Assembly: GCA_019347895.1 (NCBI GenBank)
Contig: JAHWKM010000004.1
Coordinates: 1 to 61,524 of the forward strand
DNA from: Candidatus Parcubacteria bacterium
Lineage (GTDB): Bacteria; Patescibacteriota; Saccharimonadia; Saccharimonadales; 2-12-FULL-41-12
Length of the DNA stretch: 61,524 nucleotides
Reading direction: 5' to 3'
Part shown: positions 49,612 to 57,126 of the stretch, piece by piece
How positions within the stretch are numbered: the first letter of the stretch is position 1
Layout of the letters: every line of letters starts with the position of its first letter
Notes under the pieces: model-generated
The model's input: only the letters and a program-made list of their open reading frames with translations
What the model was told of the DNA's origin: nothing
Databases searched by the model: none
Translations under genes and position numbers: made by a program

Positions 49612-49938
49612 TTATAACTTTCTGGCCTTTATTACACTTGCTATGGCTCGGCCTGACAGTACACCTGGAGGTACTTTTTCAGTAGGTTTAGCAGGAACGC
49701 CACTAAACATTACATTTACCAGACTGTCGGCTGCCTCTCCGATAATATTCTGATCCTTGAGTTTACTATAGTAAGCCTCTGGACTCTCGGGTCTACCCAT
49801 TAATTCTTTATCAGGAACAAAATAATGTTGATTTCCTACTATATCTTCATCAGCAAGATGACTATCTGGCGGCAACACAACGCTTTCTCTTCTAGGATTT
49901 TGAGGCTCAATTTTGCCTAGTTCTGCTGAAAATTCCAT
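49612..49938 (-). CDS. Orphan hypothetical protein
   Basis: TTGACA-17-TAATAT promoter and AAGGA upstream. Confidence 0.6.
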   Translation of the reverse strand: MEFSAELGKIEPQNPRRESVVLPPDSHLADEDIVGNQHYFVPDKELMGRPESPEAYYSKLKDQNIIGEAADSLVNVMFSGVPAKPTEKVPPGVLSGRAIASVIKARKL

Positions 49939-50050
49939 TTTTTATTTTTTCCTTAACTTTTACATATTAGCACAAGGTTGCGCTTATGTCAAATATGAAT
50001 TTATGTTTCCTCTGTTTTAGATTTACGTTAGTAAATATATAATAACACGA

Positions 50051-50473
50051 ATGCTGTACCTGTTTTTAGCGATTTTACTTTTTACTACGTTGAGCTTATT
50101 AAGCGCAGCTGCTTCAAGACGAACAAATAGCAATTTAGTGACTCTGATTGTAAATACATTCTCAGTTTTAATGCCGCTCATTATTCTGGCTCCAGCGTTC
50201 ATAAAAAAATCTTTAACCATTGATAAGCCAGCGCTGATAATGACTATAATAGCTGGACTCTGTGTCGGGCTTTTCGCCATGACGGTCAACAAAAGCTTTA
50301 CGCTTAATAAAGTTGGCATAGTGATTCCGGTGGTTTTCGGGGGAACAATAATGCTCACGGCTGTTTTGAGTTACTTTATCTTTAAGGAAACGCTCAAAGG
50401 CTTTGAGCTGGCCGGGCTGCTGCTTATTCTGGCCGGCCTTGGCTTTATAATTTACGCCCGTTCTGTCGCATGA
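50051..50473 (+). CDS. Single-repeat EamA/DMT membrane protein
   Basis: 5 TM, FIFKE.L motif. Confidence 0.8.
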   Translation: MLYLFLAILLFTTLSLLSAAASRRTNSNLVTLIVNTFSVLMPLIILAPAFIKKSLTIDKPALIMTIIAGLCVGLFAMTVNKSFTLNKVGIVIPVVFGGTIMLTAVLSYFIFKETLKGFELAGLLLILAGLGFIIYARSVA

Positions 50474-50820
50474 ATGAAATGAACCACAAAACAGTGGAAC
50501 AATACGTTTTAAGTATGCCGAACGCTAAGCTGGACTATCCTTTTGGCGAGGGAGTGGCGGTGTATAAGGTTAAAGAAAAAATGTTCGCTTTAATCTCTGA
50601 AAATAAAGAACCTCTAAATATCAGCCTGAAATGCGACCCGAAGCTAGCTGAAGTATTACGAGAAAAATATGAGACTGTAATGCCCGGATACCACTTAAAT
50701 AAAAAGCACTGGAACACCATAGTTTTAACCGGCCAGCTGGACTGGGAAGAAATAAAAGGACTGATTCGCCACAGCCATAACCTTGTAACAAAAACCGATG
50801 CCGAAACCCCGCAACTATAA
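50470..50820 (+). CDS. MmcQ/YjbR family protein
   Basis: YPFG, KMFA, LKCDP, PGYHLNKKHWNT. Confidence 0.93.
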   Translation: MNEMNHKTVEQYVLSMPNAKLDYPFGEGVAVYKVKEKMFALISENKEPLNISLKCDPKLAEVLREKYETVMPGYHLNKKHWNTIVLTGQLDWEEIKGLIRHSHNLVTKTDAETPQL

Positions 50821-50855
50821 AGCCTTTGCAAAATATTTTTAAGTGTTGGACTTGT

Positions 50856-51854
50856 TTACTGGGTAGATTCGGGTTTGTCTAGCAATAAATCTATCTGGCC
50901 GAAGGCAGTTTCTATAATTTGTTTTTCGCTGGCATTGGAGCTTTCATAAGCCGCCTGCAGCTGCAGGCGGTAGTTATTTAGTTGCTGATCAAGCAGCGCC
51001 TGGTAGGTTTCGTCAAATTTCCCGCTTTGTTCACCCTGGACTAATAAGGCATCACTTTCGGCGTTTTGGCTGGCTTCAAGTTTTTTCTCCACCTTTTTAA
51101 GTCCCCGGCCGGCCAAAGCGCCAATCAGTTCCAACTGAGACGAACGCATAGTTAACTGGATGTTATTAACCTTAAAAAGTAGGTCGCGGTCGCCAATTTT
51201 CTCCTCGGCAGATTCAGCCACCCGGATAATTTCATGTTGGGTTTGGGCAATTTCCAGCAGCCTGTCCCGGTGGTCGCTGCCAGCGCTGTTTAAAAATGAA
51301 AACACGGTAGAAACCAATATGATTAAAACAATTAATGCCCCTCCCGCGAACATGGCGCGCTTTAAAGTACTGGCGTTGCCAAGGTCAAGCAAAGGCTTTT
51401 TAGGCGGCTTTTGAGGATTCATTATAAATTCATAATCGCTGTCCGGGGGCGAACCGCTCGATCCTTGAGTGTTGTAATCTGGCGGGGCTTGCGCTGATAC
51501 GGTACTGCGTAAAGACCGTCGGGAGCTATTATTATTCGGCAGTACCACCTGGGTTTGCACCGGCCTGTAAGCCTGAGCGGAAGGAGCGCTGGTTCTAAGC
51601 GGTGCAGCCGGAGCTGAACTGGCAGCTCCATAAATAACGTTTTGATGCATGTAAGGCTTAACATATTGCTGCATATGGGCCGGCAAGTTTTTTTGCATTT
51701 GAGCAGTCATCTCATTTTCGATGCGGGCCGGCATACGGGCGCCGCTGTTTTGATATTTTTTAAGGTGAGCCGGCATAGTCCGGTCCATATGGGCCGCCAT
51801 GGATTTTTGTACGGCCGGCGGGATGTAGGCGTTTCTGTTTTCACTGGACGACAT
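50856..51854 (-). CDS. Single-TM hypothetical protein with N-terminal (M/L)PAH repeats
   Basis: YEFIMNP motif, TM, helical extracellular domain. Confidence 0.7.
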   Translation of the reverse strand: MSSSENRNAYIPPAVQKSMAAHMDRTMPAHLKKYQNSGARMPARIENEMTAQMQKNLPAHMQQYVKPYMHQNVIYGAASSAPAAPLRTSAPSAQAYRPVQTQVVLPNNNSSRRSLRSTVSAQAPPDYNTQGSSGSPPDSDYEFIMNPQKPPKKPLLDLGNASTLKRAMFAGGALIVLIILVSTVFSFLNSAGSDHRDRLLEIAQTQHEIIRVAESAEEKIGDRDLLFKVNNIQLTMRSSQLELIGALAGRGLKKVEKKLEASQNAESDALLVQGEQSGKFDETYQALLDQQLNNYRLQLQAAYESSNASEKQIIETAFGQIDLLLDKPESTQ

Positions 51855-51937
51855 AGCTTAATTAAACCATAAGCAACTCTTCCACGGGAAGCCCTCTATA
51901 CTTGATACTTACTGCTTACTGCTAGATACTAATTTCT

Positions 51938-53701
51938 ATGGATGCGGTCAGCGAGGTCAAAGCCCGGCTTAGTATAGAAGACGTTATTAGCGAATACGTC
52001 CGCTTGAAGCGAGCCGGCAAAAATTTTAAAGGTTTGAGCCCGTTTTCAAATGAAAAAACGCCAAGTTTTGTGGTTAGTCCCGAAAAACAGATTTGGCACG
52101 ATTTTAGTTCGGGGCGCGGCGGCGATATTTTTACGTTCATACAAGAAGTAGAAGGAGTGGATTTTAAAGGCGCCCTGGAACTTTTATCCCGCAAGGCCGG
52201 AGTTGATCTGGAAGATTATCGCAAGGGTAGCGATAATAGATCCAGGTTCGACAAAGAGCGTCTGTACAAGGCGCTGGATATGTCGGCCAAATTCTATCAA
52301 AGGCAGCTAAAGGATAGTAATCAGGCCTTGGAGTACATTATAAAAAAACGCGGCTTTGCCAAGCAGACGGTTTTGGATTTCCAGCTGGGATATAGCTCCG
52401 AGAACCAGCGGGGGCTGACTGACTATTTATTGCAAAAAGGTTTTTCCGAGCAAGAGCTGAAACTTTGCGGGCTGGTTAGTACGGCCAGGGGGTTGAATGA
52501 TATGTTCCGCGGCCGGCTGATGATACCGCTGCACGACCAGTTTGGCAAAGTCATCGGTTTTACGGCTCGGATTTTAAACGAGCAATTATCCGGCCCAAAA
52601 TATATTAATACACCCTCCACGCCGCTGTACGATAAGAGCCGGCATATATATGGACTGCACCTGGCTAAGCAAGGTATTCGCACCAAGGACTATTCGGTAA
52701 TTGTAGAAGGCAATCTAGATGTAATCGCTTCGCATCAGGCCGGACAAAATCAGATTGTAGCCACGGCCGGCACTGCCTTAACCGAATATCAAATGAAAGC
52801 TCTGTCCCGTTTGTCGCCCAATGTGCGCCTGAGTTTTGACCAGGATAAAGCCGGCCTTGAGGCCGCCGAGAGAGCCATACCGATCGCTAGCAAAGCGGGC
52901 GTAAACCTGAGCATCATTACTCTTTCATCGGGCAAAGATCCGGATGAGCTTATCAAAAAGGACCCCAAACTTTGGACCGAAGCCATCGACAACGCCGATT
53001 ACGCCGTCGACTGGTTAATAAACCGCTACAAAGAGAAGCTTAATATCTCCACTGCTCAAGGCAAGCGTGAATTCAGCGACGTGATGATAAATTTGATAAA
53101 AACACTTGAAGACCCTGTCGAGCAGGATCATTATGTGAATGTGGTCTCGCAGGAAGCGGCCGTTGACCCTTCGGCCATCCGTCAGAAATTATTTACGGAC
53201 GGCAAATCCATCGACGAAAAACTAAAGCAAATAAGCAGGCCCGCCAATACATTGGACCAAAACAGCCAGCACCAAATAAACAGGATCGACAAATTCCTAA
53301 GTTTGAGCTTAATGCAGCCCGATATAAGACATTATTTGGATTTACTAAGTCCAGATATGCTAATAACCGACGAGCAAGTTAAATTGCTTAAATTTCTAAA
53401 GGAAAATCCGGAATTTGACCCCAGCGCGGCCGATAAAAAGCCTGAGGATGCGACCCAGGCGGAAGACTATGTTAAAATACTAGTGTTACTATTTGAGCAA
53501 TTATACGCCTCAGTTGATGCGCAAGAACTTCACTACGAAGCTCAGCGCCTGAGAGCCGAGACAATCAAATATTTTGTAGAACAACAAAAGGCCAATTTAT
53601 TTGCGCTGCAACATCAAAGTGATGAAGCCGAGCAAACCAAGATTCTCTCTAGTGTCAGGGAACTTGATAAACTACTAAGCCAAACGAAAAGAATTGATTA
53701 A
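51938..53701 (+). CDS. dnaG: DNA primase
   Basis: EKTPSF, FRGRLMIP, PKYINT, VEG..D, FDQD.AG, KDPDE. Confidence 0.97.
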   Translation: MDAVSEVKARLSIEDVISEYVRLKRAGKNFKGLSPFSNEKTPSFVVSPEKQIWHDFSSGRGGDIFTFIQEVEGVDFKGALELLSRKAGVDLEDYRKGSDNRSRFDKERLYKALDMSAKFYQRQLKDSNQALEYIIKKRGFAKQTVLDFQLGYSSENQRGLTDYLLQKGFSEQELKLCGLVSTARGLNDMFRGRLMIPLHDQFGKVIGFTARILNEQLSGPKYINTPSTPLYDKSRHIYGLHLAKQGIRTKDYSVIVEGNLDVIASHQAGQNQIVATAGTALTEYQMKALSRLSPNVRLSFDQDKAGLEAAERAIPIASKAGVNLSIITLSSGKDPDELIKKDPKLWTEAIDNADYAVDWLINRYKEKLNISTAQGKREFSDVMINLIKTLEDPVEQDHYVNVVSQEAAVDPSAIRQKLFTDGKSIDEKLKQISRPANTLDQNSQHQINRIDKFLSLSLMQPDIRHYLDLLSPDMLITDEQVKLLKFLKENPEFDPSAADKKPEDATQAEDYVKILVLLFEQLYASVDAQELHYEAQRLRAETIKYFVEQQKANLFALQHQSDEAEQTKILSSVRELDKLLSQTKRID

Positions 53702-53716
53702 TGAGATGGAGTTATT

Positions 53717-53805
53717 ATGAGTCCCGTTAGAACTTTCAAAAAACCTAAATTTAAGATAGAATATACCACCAAACCTAATTTTACAGGAGTTCTAACGGGA
53801 TGAGC
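53717..53805 (+). repeat. Family A start-codon hairpin element, copy 3
   Basis: ATGAGT-CCCGTTAGAAC...GTTCTAACGGG-ATGAGC; 28-aa ORF 53717-53803 stops on the rpoD ATGA. Confidence 0.85.
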
Positions 53806-54900
53806 GAAGATCAGCAAAAGGTAACGCCAGAGGAAGCCAAAAAAGATCTTTTGGCGCTGGCTAAAAAAGACGGCAAAATCGAACAGGAAGCCATATTTGC
53901 CCTTATTCCTGAAACACCGGAGAATGCCGAGGTTTTGGACAGCCTGTATACCGAATTAGCTGATTCCAGGATCGAAGTTACCGGCAATTCGGTTAATGGG
54001 GTGGCCGACGATTGGGTGGCCGAAGACGAAGAAGAGTTGGTATTGGACGACAAAATCTATATGGACGATATTGCCGATGATTCAGTCCGGCTTTATTTGC
54101 GTGAAATCGGCAAAATCCCGCTTTTGAAACCTGACGAGGAACTGGCGCTAGCCCAAAGAGTCGTAGCCGGCGAGAAAAAAGCTAAAGACCAAATGGCCGA
54201 AGCTAACATGCGGTTGGTTGTTTCTATCGCCAAGCGCTACGTTGGCCGTGGATTAGACCTGCTGGATTTAATCCAAGAGGGAAACACCGGTTTGCTGCGG
54301 GCCGTTGAGAAATTTGATCCGGACAAAGGTTTCAAATTCTCCACATACGCCACCTGGTGGATTCGCCAGGCGATTACCCGGGCCATTGCCGACCAAGCCA
54401 GAGTTATCCGCATTCCCGTGCATATGTTTGAGACCATTAACAAGCTGCTTCGAACCCAGCGCCGATTGACTCAAGAACTTAACCGTGAGCCTACCAACGA
54501 AGAAATCGCCGAAGCCATGGAAATGGAAGTCGAGAAGGTGGAGCATATCATGAAGATCAAACAGGATATTCATTCCTTGGACGCTTCCGTGCGTGACGAT
54601 GAAGAAGACAGTGTACTGGGCGATTTCATCGAGGACGAGGATACTATTACACCTGAGGAATCAGCTACCGGCAGCTTGCTGAAAAGCCACGTCAAAGACA
54701 TGCTTTCCGGCCTAACCGAGCGAGAACAAAAAATTTTGAAACTGCGTTTTGGCTTGGAAGACGGCAAAAGCCACACGCTGGAAGAAGTCGGCCAGGAATT
54801 TATGGTAACCCGCGAACGAATAAGGCAGATAGAGGCTAAGGCTTTAGCTAAACTGCGCAAGCATAAAGATGCCCGCAAGCTCCACGATTACATCAAGTAA
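53800..54900 (+). CDS. rpoD: Primary sigma factor
   Basis: [41 protein letters not shown]. Confidence 0.98.
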   Translation: MSEDQQKVTPEEAKKDLLALAKKDGKIEQEAIFALIPETPENAEVLDSLYTELADSRIEVTGNSVNGVADDWVAEDEEELVLDDKIYMDDIADDSVRLYLREIGKIPLLKPDEELALAQRVVAGEKKAKDQMAEANMRLVVSIAKRYVGRGLDLLDLIQEGNTGLLRAVEKFDPDKGFKFSTYATWWIRQAITRAIADQARVIRIPVHMFETINKLLRTQRRLTQELNREPTNEEIAEAMEMEVEKVEHIMKIKQDIHSLDASVRDDEEDSVLGDFIEDEDTITPEESATGSLLKSHVKDMLSGLTEREQKILKLRFGLEDGKSHTLEEVGQEFMVTRERIRQIEAKALAKLRKHKDARKLHDYIK

Positions 54901-55068
54901 GACCTGTGCCGCGCCAGCCTGCTGATGAGCGAAGCTCATCACTCCGCTGGCGCTCTTGGACTCATATACGATTTTATTCTGCGATGCTCAGTAGCAGTAC
55001 TTTTTGTACAGCTACTTCCACTTCTCAAATAGAAATCACACCTGAGCCTCAAGCACAGGCCTTACTTG
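54894..55068 (-). repeat. Family B element, copy 5 (antisense, at the rpoD stop)
   Basis: Minus strand TGTGCTTGAG...AGCTGTAC-AAAAA-GTACTGCT...CCAAGAG...CGGCACA. Confidence 0.8.
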
Positions 55069-55143
55069 CAGCTTGTGCCCGTTCGTTTTTTTTACTAACT
55101 TTGAAATGTATACTGTAAAGAATGAAAACAGTTAGGCTGGTTA

Positions 55144-55308
55144 TGACCTTCACACTTGCGTGCACAGTGCATTTTCTCAACGAGCAACGGACTAAGCTGT
55201 ACAGGCGGTACTGCTTAGGAGTAGCACAGCTGAAAAATGTGCTGGGTGCCAAGAACGACTTGCAAAGTTGGACTTTGTTCAGCTTGGAAAGTCGTGGTGT
55301 GGAGGTCA
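55144..55308 (+). repeat. Family B element, copy 4
   Basis: Homologous to 17917-18083; 63-aa ORF 55122-55313 stops on the ATGA at 55310. Confidence 0.85.
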
Positions 55309-55309
55309 G

Positions 55310-55876
55310 ATGAAGATTATTGGATTGAGCGGGACCAATGGTAGCGGCAAGGATACGGTTGCTGAATTTCTAAAGGACGAGCATGGGTTTTATATAGCGT
55401 CTGCTACTGACATGCTGGAAGCAGAACTAAAAAAACTTGACCGCCCCACCGATAGAACTCATAAACGCGAGCTAGGCAACCAATGGCGCCGGGATCAAGG
55501 GTTGGGCGTAATAGTCCAGCGGGCAGTCGAAGAAGCAAAAAAAGCCGGCTTTGATAAAGTGGTCGTTGGTAGCCTGCGCAACTCTGGTGAAGCGGACCTA
55601 GTACATGCTCTAGGCGGCAAGGTAATTTGGGTAGACGCCGATCCGCTAGTGCGCTACCAAAGAGTTATCAGCGGCAAGCGCGGCCGCATAGAAGATAGTA
55701 AATCATATGAAGAATTTCTAAGCGACGAAGAAGCCGAAATGAACGAACAAGGCGACGCGGCCACTCTAAGCATGGCCGAAGTAAAAGCCAAAAGCGATAT
55801 TTTTATAGAAAACAATTATGAGGATATTGCCAAATTAAAAACTGAACTTAAAAAAGCATTAGCAATTGTTAAATAA
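55310..55876 (+). CDS. P-loop nucleotide kinase (dephospho-CoA/dNMP kinase-like)
   Basis: IIGLSGTNGSGKDT; SLRN.GE; VDAD..VRY.R. Confidence 0.8.
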   Translation: MKIIGLSGTNGSGKDTVAEFLKDEHGFYIASATDMLEAELKKLDRPTDRTHKRELGNQWRRDQGLGVIVQRAVEEAKKAGFDKVVVGSLRNSGEADLVHALGGKVIWVDADPLVRYQRVISGKRGRIEDSKSYEEFLSDEEAEMNEQGDAATLSMAEVKAKSDIFIENNYEDIAKLKTELKKALAIVK

Positions 55877-55903
55877 GAACATTTAATTATAATAACAATC
55901 ACT

Positions 55904-56290
55904 ATGCATACTCTCGAAATCACAAAAACTGTCGAGGGTGAAGGAGCGCCAACTTTCCCCAGTCCTGCCATTGGTGTTGTTGGCAGAGACAGAGATACAG
56001 AAGAAGCTAGGCTTCATGCAGTTTTTCCGGTTGAAGATTCAGCATTTGCCAGTTACGTTGCAGATCTATTGGCAAAAGGCGTGGACATACTAGCTACAGA
56101 GGAAATTACGCCTGAAAAGACAGTCGAACTTTGCAATAAAGACTGGTCAGCGAGAGTACTGTTTTTAAGTGGAGTCGAAATTGTTCCCGTAGATGAAGAA
56201 AACAACATGCATACGGCTATATATAGTGAAACAGTTCCAGATGAACAAAGAGGCTTGCCGTCTCTGTCCTTACCCTTGAATCAACGCTAA
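55904..56290 (+). CDS. Orphan hypothetical protein
   Basis: 128-aa ORF with TATAAT upstream. Confidence 0.6.
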   Translation: MHTLEITKTVEGEGAPTFPSPAIGVVGRDRDTEEARLHAVFPVEDSAFASYVADLLAKGVDILATEEITPEKTVELCNKDWSARVLFLSGVEIVPVDEENNMHTAIYSETVPDEQRGLPSLSLPLNQR

Positions 56291-56299
56291 AATGTTAAA

Positions 56300-56890
56300 G
56301 TGATTGTTGATTCCGACATTACTTTTGGCCAGGCATTGGCGCAGTATCCGGAGAAGCCGAAAGTGCCTAGAAAGATTTTGGATCAGCTGAAGTTGGTTGA
56401 TGTTGAGTATATTAGTTTTGATCACAAGCTGCACCGCGGGCAGATTGTTATCCATAAATATTTAGTTGATGAGGTTAAGATGATGTTTGAGTTGGCGGTT
56501 GAAGTTAAGTTTCCTATTGCTAAAGTTGTGCCGAATTCCCATCCGGATTACAAATGGGATACCAAAAAATTGGTGATTGAGAATAATGTTACAGGCGGTT
56601 TTGGCTATAGAAAAATTAAAGGTACCGACAAACTATCTCTTCACTCTTACGGCAGGGCGATAGATATAAACCCGTTGCAAAACCCATATATTCGCTATAA
56701 AAATAGCGAAGAGATAGTTTTCCCGCCAAATACGAAGTGGAATCCTAAAAGACCGGGAACACTGCATAAAAATAATCCGCTGGTTAAGTTTATGGAATCA
56801 AAAGGTTGGGAATAGGGCGGACGCTGGACAAAAACAGACGGAGTGATCGACTACATGCACCTCCAAAAATCGCCTGATGCAAAAACGTGA
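56300..56890 (+). pseudogene. M15 family peptidase with internal amber stop
   Basis: SLHSYGRAIDINP motif; TAG at 56813-56815 replaces W of W.WGG.W, and the frame continues GGRW...DYMHLQ to TGA at 56890. Confidence 0.85.
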
Positions 56891-56958
56891 AAGGATAAAC
56901 CCTTCACGGTTAAGTGAGTAAAAAGTTTATCTGCTCACTATCTAGCGTATACTAAAAG

Positions 56959-57125
56959 TAGGACCTGTCCCAAGATAATTTTCGAGGATAAAAAATGATG
57001 ATTTTTATTCAAAACTTACAAACCGCGACAAAGCGTAATCATAGTTACGGTGCGAAGTGGTTTGATTGGTTTTGGGAAAAAAGGGCGATTTCTAGCCCGA
57101 AAACCTTATTTTGGGACAGGTTCTA
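56959..57125 (+). mobile_element. TA-flanked MITE-like element in the polA 5' region
   Basis: TA-GGACCTGTCCCAAGATAA...TTATTTTGGGACAGGTTC-TA; internal SD and 43-aa ORF 56995-57126 abutting the polA ATG. Confidence 0.8.
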
Positions 57126-57126
57126 A

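Noticed and set aside
56813..56815. Amber recoding or alternative genetic code
   Set aside because: Only one case; groEL and orn end in TAG, and TGA also acts as stop
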